Positions 1-8,950 of a DNA stretch of 32,000 nt are shown here, one piece after another. Position 1 is the stretch's first letter, and every line of letters starts with the position of its first letter. This stretch comes from Parasynechococcus marenigrum WH 8102 (GTDB lineage: Bacteria > Cyanobacteriota > Cyanobacteriia > PCC-6307 > Cyanobiaceae). The position numbers were made by a program, and so were the translations under genes. The stretch is from positions 1,380,001-1,412,000 of the forward strand of contig NC_005070.1 in the NCBI RefSeq assembly GCF_000195975.1. The letters are read 5' to 3'. Under the pieces are notes generated by a model. That model was not told the DNA's origin. It saw only the letters and a program-made list of their open reading frames with translations, and did no database searches.

Positions 1-482
1 TTGATCCACTCCGTGGTCGGTAGCCCCTCCACAGAAGCCACCATCACCCAAACCACCGTTGGGGTGTCTCCTTTGTTTTCCACGTAGTGCGGCTCTGAGG
101 CACCTTCAATGAAGCTCTCGCCAGGCTTGAACACACTGCTCACCTCACGGCCATCCGGCTGCACACGGGTGTTTAGCAGCTCACCGGAATCGGTGGCCTG
201 CACATAAACCAACATCGGTGCAGGGTGGGTGTGCAGTGGGATCTTGCCCCCCGCAGGGAGCTCAACACGGAACAGACGCAACTCCGGCTTGCCCTCGGGA
301 TACGTCAAATCGCTGCCATTGAGGGTCTGGCTGCCGCTGAAGATCGCCTCGATCTTGGCGTCCGTCGATGCAGCGTCCGATGATGCCTGATCACCGGAGC
401 TTGTTGGCTCCCCGGCGCAACCAACAACACCAAGCATCAACAGGGCAGAGGCTGCCATCGAAGGAAGAGCTGTTTTCAGCAT
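1..482 (-). CDS. Cupin-domain lipoprotein (3' end runs off the window)
   Basis: ATG at 482-480. The N-terminus MLKTALPSMAASALLMLGVVGC is a signal peptide with a lipobox Cys. Downstream LHTHP... and GESF..EPHYVEN resemble the two cupin motifs. Absent from the ORF track because it is edge-truncated. Confidence 0.65.
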   Translation of the reverse strand, partial: MLKTALPSMAASALLMLGVVGCAGEPTSSGDQASSDAASTDAKIEAIFSGSQTLNGSDLTYPEGKPELRLFRVELPAGGKIPLHTHPAPMLVYVQATDSGELLNTRVQPDGREVSSVFKPGESFIEGASEPHYVENKGDTPTVVWVMVASVEGLPTTEWI

Positions 483-526
483 GTGCCGGATCAGGGAGGG
501 TGATGCCGGCAGTGTGCCGCGAATTC

Positions 527-754
527 TCAGGCCACCCAGCGATCTGCATCCATGATCCGTTTGATCAACAGCCCAAGCCGCTTGACCTCGCTGAAATTCA
601 CGTCCTTCACCGCCTGATCGAGACCGCTGTCGATCCAGGCCCCATCACGTTTTTCGTAAACCGTGAAGTCCTGATCCAGGCCGTCACGCCTGATGCAGTA
701 GGTCACACCATCGTCATGGAGAAAGTCGGCGGAATGCAGCTGCAGAGCCATCAA
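527..754 (-). CDS. Hypothetical small protein (75 aa)
   Basis: Track ORF with GC3-rich codons and plausible soluble composition. The overlapping + strand ORF 368-787 looks like an antisense shadow. Confidence 0.45.
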   Translation of the reverse strand: MMALQLHSADFLHDDGVTYCIRRDGLDQDFTVYEKRDGAWIDSGLDQAVKDVNFSEVKRLGLLIKRIMDADRWVA

Positions 755-814
755 TCGGTGACATCACTCCAGCGATGTTGGCAATAGCTTGCTTGCAACC
801 ACGCATCTGGATCC

Positions 815-2059
815 ATGACGGCCGCACCCTTGCCCAGTACCGGTGCGGTGACAGGCCTCGGCGAAACCCTGGCCTTTTTCCGGGATCCGTCCTTCAGCCA
901 ACGCCGCTTCAGTGAGCTGGGAGATGTGTTCGAGACCAAACTGCTGGCCCAGAGCATCGTGTTCATCCGCGGCGAACGCGCTATCGGTGATCTGCTGAAG
1001 CAGGAAGACTGCCTTCAAGGCTGGTGGCCAGACAGCGTGCGGCAACTGCTGGGCAGCAAGTCGTTGGCCAACCGCAGCGGTGCAGACCACAAAGCGCGTC
1101 GCCGGGTGGTGGGTCAGCTGTTCTCCAGTGCAGCCCTGAGCCGCTACACCCCAGCCATCGAAGCCCTGGTCAACGACCTTGCCAACGAGCTGCAACAAGC
1201 AGAGGGCCCAATCCCCCTGGCTGCACGGATGCGGCGCTTTGCCTTTTCAGTGATCGCCACCACGGTGCTGGGGCTTGAGGCCGAGAACCGCGATGCGCTT
1301 TTCGCCGATTTCGAGATCTGGACCCGCGCCCTGTTTTCCATCCCCCTTGCCTTGCCAGGAACACCCTTCGCGCGGGCCCTTGCCGCACGGCAACGGTTGC
1401 TGGCTCGGCTGAAGACCGTGCTGCAAACCAACAACAACAGGCAACAGGGCGGCCTTGATCTGCTCAGCGGCGGATTGGATGAAGCGGGGCTCCCGCTGGA
1501 TGACGATGACCTTGTTGAACAACTGCTGCTGCTGCTGTTCGCTGGCTACGAGACCACGGCATCGTCATTGAGCTGCCTGTTTCGGGCCCTGCTGCTCAAC
1601 CCAGAGGTGGAACAGTGGCTCATGCAAGATCTGAACAACCACGAACGCCCGTCGAGGCTGGATGCCACTGTCCTTGAGGTGATGCGCATGACGCCACCGG
1701 TGGGCGGTTTTTTCCGGCAGAACACCCAGTCGATCGAGCTGGCCGATGTGGCGATTCCCCAGGGAAGGGTGATTCAGGTGGTGCTGAGCTCATCGAGCAC
1801 CACAAACCAGATCGACTTGGAAACCTTCCGGCCCCAGCGTCATCTGGATGGATCGTTCCAACAGACCCTGCTTCCCTTCGGCGGCGGTGAACGGGTCTGC
1901 CTGGGTAAGGCCCTGGCGGAACTGGAAATCCGCTTGATGGCGATGGGACTGTTGCAGCGCGTTCAGCTGCATCTCGAGCCCGATCAGGATCTCAACCTGC
2001 AGTTGATTCCCAGCCCAACGCCTCGGGATGGGCTGCTGGTAAGGGCCACAGCCCGTTGA
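815..2059 (+). CDS. Cytochrome P450
   Basis: Heme-thiolate loop FGGGERVCLGKALA, I-helix FAGYETT and ExxR (EVMR). 414 aa. Confidence 0.9.
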   Translation: MTAAPLPSTGAVTGLGETLAFFRDPSFSQRRFSELGDVFETKLLAQSIVFIRGERAIGDLLKQEDCLQGWWPDSVRQLLGSKSLANRSGADHKARRRVVGQLFSSAALSRYTPAIEALVNDLANELQQAEGPIPLAARMRRFAFSVIATTVLGLEAENRDALFADFEIWTRALFSIPLALPGTPFARALAARQRLLARLKTVLQTNNNRQQGGLDLLSGGLDEAGLPLDDDDLVEQLLLLLFAGYETTASSLSCLFRALLLNPEVEQWLMQDLNNHERPSRLDATVLEVMRMTPPVGGFFRQNTQSIELADVAIPQGRVIQVVLSSSSTTNQIDLETFRPQRHLDGSFQQTLLPFGGGERVCLGKALAELEIRLMAMGLLQRVQLHLEPDQDLNLQLIPSPTPRDGLLVRATAR

Positions 2060-2075
2060 TCAACAGATGTCAATC

Positions 2076-2222
2076 CTACTTGGGAGGCTTGATCAATTCA
2101 CCGGTCTGCAGCGACACCACAGCAAAACTCCCCACAAACACCAGTGCGACCACAACCAGAACAACGGCGGTGACGTTGCTGATCTCCAGCTCACCGAGCA
2201 TGAAGGCCAAGGGAACAGGCAT
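2076..2222 (-). CDS. Small single-pass membrane protein (48 aa)
   Basis: Hand-translated MPVPLAFMLGELEISNVTAVVLVVVALVFVGSFAVVSLQTGELIKPPK. Lies just downstream of the 2247-2438 ORF on the same strand. Below the track size cutoff. Confidence 0.35.
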   Translation of the reverse strand: MPVPLAFMLGELEISNVTAVVLVVVALVFVGSFAVVSLQTGELIKPPK

Positions 2223-2246
2223 CGAGATCTCGACGGAAGCGAGAGC

Positions 2247-2438
2247 CTAAAGCTGGGGTGTGATGGCGTCGTTGGGGAAAAACTCCTCAAATACGCAGAT
2301 GCGATCGGCCCAGCGCATCTCCACCTCAAATCGCATCAAGCGGTGACGCACCCACATCAGGGTGTCGACATCAATGGGTTTGTGGACCTTCTGCTTCTGC
2401 GCCCTGGCCCAGTCGTCCTTGTTTTGATAGGAGTTCAC
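2247..2438 (-). CDS. Hypothetical small protein (63 aa)
   Basis: Track ORF MNSYQNKDDWARAQKQ... with natural-looking composition and codon bias. Confidence 0.5.
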   Translation of the reverse strand: MNSYQNKDDWARAQKQKVHKPIDVDTLMWVRHRLMRFEVEMRWADRICVFEEFFPNDAITPQL

Positions 2439-2678
2439 AGAACTGAGGATGTGTACCTACAACGTAAGGACGATGCTGAATGGCGCAGCCAACGTCACCG
2501 TCCGTAAGCATCGATGCACACAGCAATTAGCCAAAAGTGTTCATCTGAGCATTGTCTTCAGGGAATCTTTGCGTTCACATCCATCTAAGGAGGTCATCTG
2601 ATTCTTCATTTGGTCGCCATCGCAGCAGTGTTGGGGGTGCACGGAGGAGGACATTGTTGAAACAACCCCATCACAGCC

Positions 2679-2858
2679 ATGCCCATCAACCCAGTGGTGA
2701 AGCTGTTGAGATCAACATCGACAGCCCAATCAAACGCTGACGAAACAAAACCAATCCTGCTTCCACCTCCTCGTCGCCCGGATCCCATTCGTCCAAGAAG
2801 ACAACGCAAGGAAACTAGCTGGGAAGAATTCCGACAGGAATACTCTGGACTCGGTTGA
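2679..2858 (+). CDS. Possible small Pro/Arg-rich protein (59 aa)
   Basis: Hand-found ATG ORF MPINPVVKLLRSTSTAQSNADETKPILLPPPRRPDPIRPRRQRKETSWEEFRQEYSGLG in an otherwise unassigned spacer. No clear RBS. Confidence 0.25.
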   Translation: MPINPVVKLLRSTSTAQSNADETKPILLPPPRRPDPIRPRRQRKETSWEEFRQEYSGLG

Positions 2859-3031
2859 GGCGGTTTCAGCAAAATTCTCTGTTGTGTAGCCGCATGAACT
2901 ACACAACCCTGGCCAGAGCCTGTAGGACAGATGTGTAGCACCTGCTACTGCACGTTCACCTCACCACTGGCGAGGCGCAGTTCGACTCAGGCCATGGAAC
3001 GGGGACCTGAGCTTGCTTCGAGGAACCCATC

Positions 3032-3136
3032 ATGACCCTGACCTATCGCGGCCAGAAGTACGTCCAGAACAACGCTGCTGCCACCAACAGCAAGCGTCCT
3101 GTTCTTGTGTACCGCGGCCACAAAGTGGCTCAGTAA
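3032..3136 (+). CDS. DUF4278-type cyanobacterial microprotein (34 aa)
   Basis: MTLTYRGQKYVQNN...VYRGHKVAQ carries the M.L.YRG..Y signature typical of DUF4278. An intrinsic terminator follows. Confidence 0.7.
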   Translation: MTLTYRGQKYVQNNAAATNSKRPVLVYRGHKVAQ

Positions 3137-3160
3137 GCAGCATTTTGATGCAGCTCAATC

Positions 3161-3186
3161 GCCCCGCTTCGGCGGGGCTTTTTTTG
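3161..3186 (+). terminator. Rho-independent terminator
   Basis: GCCCCGC-TTCG-GCGGGGC stem-loop followed by a T-run (3179-3185). Confidence 0.8.
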
Positions 3187-3191
3187 TGCTT

Positions 3192-3440
3192 TCAGCCAAC
3201 GGTTAATTCACCATCAACGCCGTACTGGTGAAGACATTGCTTCACCGTGAGCACGGACACAGTGCTGCCCGTATCGGCATCAAACAAGGCATAAGGACAG
3301 CCCCGCACAACACAACGACGACGTGCATCGACGTAGGCATCAAAGAGGGTCTGGTGGGAACATTCCTCCACCCAGCCACTGCTGCTCAAGTAGCGCGTCA
3401 GGATCATGCGCCCGGCACAGATGGTTCCGTGATGGCTCAT
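3192..3440 (-). CDS. Hypothetical protein (82 aa, Cys-rich)
   Basis: Track ORF MSHHGTICAGRMILTRY... with good GC3 bias. Confidence 0.45.
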   Translation of the reverse strand: MSHHGTICAGRMILTRYLSSSGWVEECSHQTLFDAYVDARRRCVVRGCPYALFDADTGSTVSVLTVKQCLHQYGVDGELTVG

Positions 3441-3507
3441 GGATCAACCGGGTGGTTGAAGTTACCTGAACTCTTCGGGATCACAGCACGTTGATCAGTT
3501 TTCCCTG

Positions 3508-3756
3508 TTGTTCAGCACAACCAACACGGTCAGGAGGAGCGCGTTAGGACAGGGCGTCGATCCACTGGGAATGCCACTGTTCGTCTGTGCCGGCTGCAGC
3601 GTGCGCATCGAGCGCTCGATGGCCACCTATCTGCGTCTGAAAGGCAGGGTGCTGTGCTCCACCTGTCTGGACCGGATGGAGTCTGAATTAACCACTGGAA
3701 GTAACCGCAACGAGGCAGCCCCATCGGTTCCGACTCAGGAATCACCGATGAGCTGA
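3508..3756 (+). CDS. Small zinc-ribbon protein
   Basis: CAGC...x...CSTC pair (CxxC/CxxC). The start is uncertain: TTG at 3508 or ATG at 3571. Confidence 0.45.
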   Translation: MFSTTNTVRRSALGQGVDPLGMPLFVCAGCSVRIERSMATYLRLKGRVLCSTCLDRMESELTTGSNRNEAAPSVPTQESPMS

Positions 3757-3859
3757 GAGCCGATCAGGCCTTGGTCCTGAAGGTCTGGCTGGTACGACGT
3801 CATTCCGTAGCTGATCACACCGCGCGTGCCACCGGTGCCGCAGACAGTGGAAGGGCGGA

Positions 3860-3955
3860 GAAACCTAGGGTTCCGATCCCGTCAGGGATGCCTGGTCCGA
3901 GAGGTTTCGGTCGGTTCTGCCGGCTGCACGGAGGGACAAAAGCCCGGGAGACCGC
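3860..3955 (+). promoter_or_regulatory. Guanidine-I (ykkC/yxkD) riboswitch aptamer
   Basis: Conserved blocks CUAGGGUUCCG (3865-3875), GGUCCGAGAG (3894-3903) and ACGGAGGGAcAAAAGCCCGGGAGA (3928-3951). There is also a GAUCCC/GGGAU hairpin at 3875-3889. It lies directly 5' of a ureohydrolase gene. Confidence 0.85.
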
Positions 3956-3977
3956 CACAACACCAACTCCCCCTCCG

Positions 3978-5168
3978 ATGTCATCCCCAACGGACCCCAA
4001 CGGGGCCTTTCAGCGTTCGCATCCCAGCGAAGGCACTCAGGCGCTCGAGAAGGAACGCAAGCTGCCCCTCACCGGCTGGCAGCAGGAAGTTGATCAGGCC
4101 AAGCGCCTGGGTCTTGAAGCGGCCGAAAGCATCGTGGACCGCAACATCTCCACGTTCTCCCGCGGCGAGCTGCCCCACTTCGCGGGCATCAACACCTTCA
4201 TGAAGGCGCCCTACCTGGAGGATGTGAACCAGGTGGGCAACTACGACGTGGCCATCGTCGGGGTGCCCCACGACTGCGGCACCACCTACCGCCCCGGCAC
4301 CCGCTTCGGGCCACAGGGCATCCGCCGCATCTCGGCCCTCTACACCCCCTACAACTACGAAATGGGGGTGGATCTGCGCGAACAGATCACCCTCTGCGAT
4401 GTCGGCGACATCTTCACCATTCCGGCCAACAACGAGAAGAGCTTCGATCAGATCTCTAAGGGCATCGCCCACGTGTTCGCCAGCGGCGCATTCCCGATCA
4501 TTCTCGGCGGCGATCACTCCATCGGCTTCCCCACAGTGCGCGGCGTCTGCCGCCATCTGGGTGACAAGAAAGTGGGCATCATCCACTTCGACCGCCACGT
4601 CGACACCCAGGAGATCGACCTGGACGAGCGGATGCACACCTGCCCCTGGTTCCATGCCACCAACATGGCCAATGCTCCGGCTGAGAACCTGGTGCAGCTC
4701 GGCATCGGCGGCTGGCAGGTGCCGCGCGAGGGCGTGAAGGTCTGCCACGAACGCGGCACCAACGTGCTCACCGTCACGGACATCACCGAAATGGGGTTGG
4801 AGGCGGCAGCCCAGTACGCGATCGAACGGGCCACTGACGGCACCGACTGCGTTTACATCTCCTTTGACATCGACTGCATCGATGCCGGCTTCGTTCCCGG
4901 CACCGGCTGGCCCGAACCCGGCGGTCTGCTGCCGCGCGAAGCACTCAAGCTGCTCGAGCTGATCGTGCGCAATGTGCCGGTGTGCGGTCTCGAAATCGTG
5001 GAGGTGTCGCCGCCGTACGACATCAGCGACATGACCTCACTGATGGCCACCCGCGTGATCTGCGATGCCATGGCCCACCTGGTGGTCAGCGGCCAGCTGC
5101 CCCGCAAGGACAAGCCGGCCTGGATCAGCGATGTCTGCAACATGAACGTCGATCAGAAGTGGAGATAA
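3978..5168 (+). CDS. gdmH: Ureohydrolase-fold guanidine hydrolase candidate (GdmH / Sll1077-like; arginase-agmatinase family)
   Basis: Metal-ligand blocks GGDHS, FDRHVD and SFDIDCID. The start is set at ATG 3978 because 3771-3977 of the track ORF is riboswitch RNA. Gene order riboswitch-hydrolase-HypA-HypB-ABC matches what I recall for the Synechocystis sll1077 locus. Confidence 0.8.
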   Translation: MSSPTDPNGAFQRSHPSEGTQALEKERKLPLTGWQQEVDQAKRLGLEAAESIVDRNISTFSRGELPHFAGINTFMKAPYLEDVNQVGNYDVAIVGVPHDCGTTYRPGTRFGPQGIRRISALYTPYNYEMGVDLREQITLCDVGDIFTIPANNEKSFDQISKGIAHVFASGAFPIILGGDHSIGFPTVRGVCRHLGDKKVGIIHFDRHVDTQEIDLDERMHTCPWFHATNMANAPAENLVQLGIGGWQVPREGVKVCHERGTNVLTVTDITEMGLEAAAQYAIERATDGTDCVYISFDIDCIDAGFVPGTGWPEPGGLLPREALKLLELIVRNVPVCGLEIVEVSPPYDISDMTSLMATRVICDAMAHLVVSGQLPRKDKPAWISDVCNMNVDQKWR

Positions 5169-5171
5169 GCC

Positions 5172-5570
5172 ATGCACGAAGTCGACATGACCAAGTGCCT
5201 GCTGATCTCCCTCAATGAATGGCGGCAGCGTCGGGACGACGCCAGCGCGATGGTGGAGACCGTCCACCTCGAGGTGGGCCGCTTCACCTGCGTTGAGCCC
5301 GATCAGCTGGTGACCACCTACAACGCCGCGGTGCAGGGCACCTGGCTGGATGGTTCCCGGCTCACCATCACCGACATTCCTTTCGTCGGTCGGTGCCTGG
5401 TCTGCAACAGCACCTACGACCCCGTGCCGGAGAGCGCCTACCGCTCCCCCTGCTGCGATCACCCACTGGAGGAGATCGTCAGCGGCCGTGAACTGCGGAT
5501 CCGCAGCATCGATTACCGCAGTGCGGCCGGCGCTGCCCTTGAGTCCAGCTCCATCCAGCGCATGCGCTGA
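5172..5570 (+). CDS. ghaA: HypA-like Ni metallochaperone (GhaA-like)
   Basis: N-terminal MHE Ni-binding motif and a CLVC...CC Zn site. Starts 4 nt after the hydrolase stop. Confidence 0.75.
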   Translation: MHEVDMTKCLLISLNEWRQRRDDASAMVETVHLEVGRFTCVEPDQLVTTYNAAVQGTWLDGSRLTITDIPFVGRCLVCNSTYDPVPESAYRSPCCDHPLEEIVSGRELRIRSIDYRSAAGAALESSSIQRMR

Positions 5571-5591
5571 CACCTCAATCCCCCCTTAGCC

Positions 5592-6326
5592 ATGCACATG
5601 CCCCTCGAGGACACCCTCGGTCTCAACCTCCTCGCCGCCAACCAGCACCAGGCGGAGCACAACCACGAGCATTTCCAGGCCTGGAACCTGCTCTGCCTCA
5701 ACCTGATGAGTAGCCCCGGTGCCGGCAAGACCGCCCTGCTCGAACGCTCCCTGCCGGCGTTGGCCGCCAAACACAAGATGGCGGTCCTGGAGGGCGACAT
5801 GACAACCCAGCTCGATGCCGAGCGTCTGGAAGCCGTCGGCATTCCAGTGGTGCCGATCACCACCGGTCGGGCCTGTCATCTCGATGCCGCCATGGTGAGC
5901 GGCGGACTCACGTTGCTGAAGCAACGCCTGGATCCAACCCAGCTCGATCTGCTGCTGGTGGAGAACGTCGGCAACCTTGTTTGCCCCGCTGAATTCGATG
6001 TGGGGGAACACCACAAGGTGGCCCTGCTCAGCGTCACCGAGGGCGACGACAAACCGCTCAAGTACCCGCTGATGTTCCGCCAGGCGGATGTGGTGCTGAT
6101 CACCAAGGTGGATCTGCTGCCCCACCTGCCGGTGGAGCTGGCGGCGATCCGCCGCAACATCCTCAGCATCAACCCCAACGCCACGGTGATCGAGGTCTCC
6201 GCCCTCAGCGGCGAAGGCCTCGATGTCTGGCACCAGTGGGTGCGGCAGGCCCTTGCCGATCGCACCGCCGTCTCCTCTGCTGCAGCCAGGGCTGCAGACC
6301 AGTCCCCCGCTCTGGCCACCGCCTGA
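5592..6326 (+). CDS. ghaB: HypB-like Ni-inserting GTPase (GhaB-like)
   Basis: His-rich N-terminus (HQAEHNHEH), P-loop SSPGAGKT and [13 protein letters not shown] (HypB/UreG SIMIBI class). Confidence 0.85.
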   Translation: MHMPLEDTLGLNLLAANQHQAEHNHEHFQAWNLLCLNLMSSPGAGKTALLERSLPALAAKHKMAVLEGDMTTQLDAERLEAVGIPVVPITTGRACHLDAAMVSGGLTLLKQRLDPTQLDLLLVENVGNLVCPAEFDVGEHHKVALLSVTEGDDKPLKYPLMFRQADVVLITKVDLLPHLPVELAAIRRNILSINPNATVIEVSALSGEGLDVWHQWVRQALADRTAVSSAAARAADQSPALATA

Positions 6327-6362
6327 GCCCCGATCCCGTCATCCACCCATCACGCCGATGCC

Positions 6363-7364
6363 ATGACCAAGCAACTCCGCAATCTCCTGATCGCCGGCCT
6401 GGCGATCGTTCTGGCCGTCGCCTGTTCCAAGCCCTCAACCCCAACTTTGGGCGGCACCCCGATCGTTCTCGGCTACAGCAACTGGGCCGGTTGGTGGCCC
6501 TGGGCCATCGCCGTTGAAGAGAAGCTGTTCGAAAAGAACGGCGTGAATGTAGAGATGAAGTGGTTCGACGGCTACGTGCAGTCGATGGAAACCTTCGCCG
6601 CCGGCAAGATCGACGGCAATTCCCAGACCCTGAACGACACCATCTCCTTCCTGCCAGGCGAGAACGGTGGCGAAGTTGTTGTGCTGGTGAACGACAACTC
6701 CGCCGGCAACGACCAGATCATTGCTGACGCCTCGATCACCTCCATCGCAGAGCTCAAGGGCAAGACTGTGGCCGTTGAAGAGGGCGTCGTAGACGATTAC
6801 TTGCTCAGCCTGGCTCTCAAGGACGTTGGCCTCAGCCGTGAGGATGTGGTGATCAAAGGCATGCCCACCGACCAGGCCGCCACAGCCTTTGCCGCCGGGC
6901 AGGTGGATGCCGTCGGCGCCTTCCCGCCCTACACCGGCACCGCCATGCAGCGCGAGGGTGCCCGGGTGATCGCCAGCTCCAAAGAGTACCCCGGTGCCAT
7001 TCCCGATCTGCTCACCGTGAGCGGTGATCTGATTAAGGAACGGCCCGACGACGTTCAGAAGATCGTCAAGACCTGGTGGGACGTGCGCGACTTCATGGAG
7101 AAGAACCCCGAGAAATCGGAGGCAATCATGGCCAAGCGGGCCGGCATTCCCACAGAGGAGTACGAGCAGTACAAGGACGGCACCCGTTTCTTTTCGATCG
7201 ACGAGAACCTGGAAGCCTTCAGCGAAGGCGAAGGCATGCAGTACATGCCCTTCGCCTCGGAATCGATGGCGGAATTCATGGTCTCCGTTGGCTTCATTCC
7301 CGAGACGCCCGACATGAGCAACCTGTTTGATTCCAGCTTCATCAAGAAGGTCGCCGACTCCTGA
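6363..7364 (+). CDS. ABC transporter substrate-binding lipoprotein (NitT/TauT, NMT1-like)
   Basis: Signal peptide with lipobox LAVAC. The YSNWAGWWPW region is typical of nitrate/sulfonate/bicarbonate-type SBPs. Confidence 0.8.
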   Translation: MTKQLRNLLIAGLAIVLAVACSKPSTPTLGGTPIVLGYSNWAGWWPWAIAVEEKLFEKNGVNVEMKWFDGYVQSMETFAAGKIDGNSQTLNDTISFLPGENGGEVVVLVNDNSAGNDQIIADASITSIAELKGKTVAVEEGVVDDYLLSLALKDVGLSREDVVIKGMPTDQAATAFAAGQVDAVGAFPPYTGTAMQREGARVIASSKEYPGAIPDLLTVSGDLIKERPDDVQKIVKTWWDVRDFMEKNPEKSEAIMAKRAGIPTEEYEQYKDGTRFFSIDENLEAFSEGEGMQYMPFASESMAEFMVSVGFIPETPDMSNLFDSSFIKKVADS

Positions 7365-8191
7365 TGACTGCCACTGCCGCCGCTGCATCCAAGGGGAGGG
7401 GCTCAGGGCTCCTCTCTCTGCTCACCCTTGGGGCCACCCCATCGGGGGCCGTGCGTGGCGGCCTGCAGGTCGCCTCCCTGCTGATCCCACTGTTGGCCTG
7501 GGCGGCCATCGCCTCCCTGGGCCTGGTAGATGAGAAGTTCCTGCCATCACCGGGGGCGGTGTTCCGCTCCCTGGCCTCGATGGCCGAAAGCGGCATCCTG
7601 TTCCAGGACATCGTCGCCAGCACCGGTCGGGTGTTCGCTGGCTTTCTGCTCGCCACCGTTCTGGCGGTTCCGATCGGCATCTGCATGGGGGTGTACCCAG
7701 CGGTGTGCGCCCTGTGCGAACCCCTGATCGCCATGCTCCGCTACATGCCGGCAGCAGCGTTCATTCCCCTGCTGATTATCTACCTCGGCATCGGCGAGGA
7801 ACCCAAGATCGCCCTGATCTTTCTCGGCACGATCTACTTCAACATCCTGATGGTGATGGATGCGGTGAAGTTTGTTCCCAAGGAACTGATCGAAACCACC
7901 CTCACCCTCGGCGGCCGCAGCCGCCAGGTGCTGGTGAAGGTGGTGGCCCGTTACAGCCTGCCCAGCATTATCGACACCCTGCGCATCAACATCGCCACCT
8001 CCTGGAACCTGGTGGTGGTGGCCGAACTGGTGGCGGCCGAAGTGGGTCTGGGCAAACGGATTCAGCTGGCCCAGCGCTTCTTCCGCACCGATCAGATCTT
8101 CGCCGAACTGATCGTGCTGGGGTTGATCGGCTTCGCCATCGACATGGGCTTCCGTCTGCTGCTGCGCCTCAGCTGCCGCTGGGCGGTCTGA
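7364..8191 (+). CDS. ABC transporter permease
   Basis: Multi-TM protein of the binding-protein-dependent transport family. Its ATG overlaps the SBP TGA by 1 nt. Confidence 0.85.
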   Translation: MTATAAAASKGRGSGLLSLLTLGATPSGAVRGGLQVASLLIPLLAWAAIASLGLVDEKFLPSPGAVFRSLASMAESGILFQDIVASTGRVFAGFLLATVLAVPIGICMGVYPAVCALCEPLIAMLRYMPAAAFIPLLIIYLGIGEEPKIALIFLGTIYFNILMVMDAVKFVPKELIETTLTLGGRSRQVLVKVVARYSLPSIIDTLRINIATSWNLVVVAELVAAEVGLGKRIQLAQRFFRTDQIFAELIVLGLIGFAIDMGFRLLLRLSCRWAV

Positions 8192-8194
8192 ACC

Positions 8195-8950
8195 ATGGAA
8201 CTGCTGGTTCAGAACCTCTCCAAACAGTTCGGCGACAAAGCCGTCCTCGAGGACATCAACTTCTCGATGCAATCCGGTGAGTTCATCACCTTCGTCGGCA
8301 GTTCCGGCTGCGGCAAGAGCACCCTGCTCCGGCTGATCGCCGGCCTGGATCACCCCAGCGGGGGCCGGATCCACGTCGATGGATCCCCCGTTGAAGGGCC
8401 CGGCCCCGACCGGGGCATGGTGTTTCAGAAATACAGCCTCTACCCCTGGCTGACTGCCGCCGACAACGTCGCCTTCGGCATGCGGCTACAGGGCATGACG
8501 TCGGCTGACGTGCGTAATCGCACCGCCTATTTCCTCGAGGTGGTGGGTCTGCAGGATGCAGCCACCAAACTGCCGAGGGAACTCTCCGGCGGCATGCAGC
8601 AACGGGTGGCGATCGCCCGCGCCCTGGCCACCAACCCCAGCGTGCTGCTGCTGGATGAACCCTTCGGTGCTTTGGACCTGCAGATCCGCGAAACCATGCA
8701 GGAGTTCCTGCTCCAGCTTTGGCAACGCACCGGCCTGACCGTGCTGCTGATCACCCACGACGTGGAGGAAGCCCTGGTGCTGGCTCAACGCGTGCACGTA
8801 CTGGCACCGAACCCGGGCCGGATCATCCGCTCGCTCGAGGTGACCCTGAACAAAAGCGATTTAGATCAGCTGCGCCTCAGCGCTGAGTTCCTGCAGCTGC
8901 GCCGCAGCCTGGCCACCAGCCTGCGGCAGCTGGAACCAACCATCGGGTGA
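8195..8950 (+). CDS. ABC transporter ATP-binding protein
   Basis: Walker A GSSGCGKST, signature LSGGMQQR and Walker B LLLDEP. Confidence 0.9.
   Translation: MELLVQNLSKQFGDKAVLEDINFSMQSGEFITFVGSSGCGKSTLLRLIAGLDHPSGGRIHVDGSPVEGPGPDRGMVFQKYSLYPWLTAADNVAFGMRLQGMTSADVRNRTAYFLEVVGLQDAATKLPRELSGGMQQRVAIARALATNPSVLLLDEPFGALDLQIRETMQEFLLQLWQRTGLTVLLITHDVEEALVLAQRVHVLAPNPGRIIRSLEVTLNKSDLDQLRLSAEFLQLRRSLATSLRQLEPTIG

Noticed and set aside
2587-2593. Perfect AAGGAGG Shine-Dalgarno-like string in the 2440-2680 spacer
   Set aside because: No ATG, GTG or TTG lies at 5-10 nt. The nearest in-frame options (CTG, or a TTG 16 nt away) give peptides of only 16-20 aa. It is not enough to call a gene.
2882-2906. 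8-bp hairpin TTGTGTAG-n9-CTACACAA, plus recurring TGTAG strings upstream of the DUF4278 gene
   Set aside because: There is no U-tail, no known motif and no conservation information. It could be a regulatory or processing site but is unsupported.
3771-3977. N-terminal 69-codon extension of the ureohydrolase ORF in the track
   Set aside because: This stretch contains the ykkC riboswitch consensus blocks. Its translation is Arg/Pro/Gly-rich nonsense, and a family-typical length is obtained from ATG 3978.
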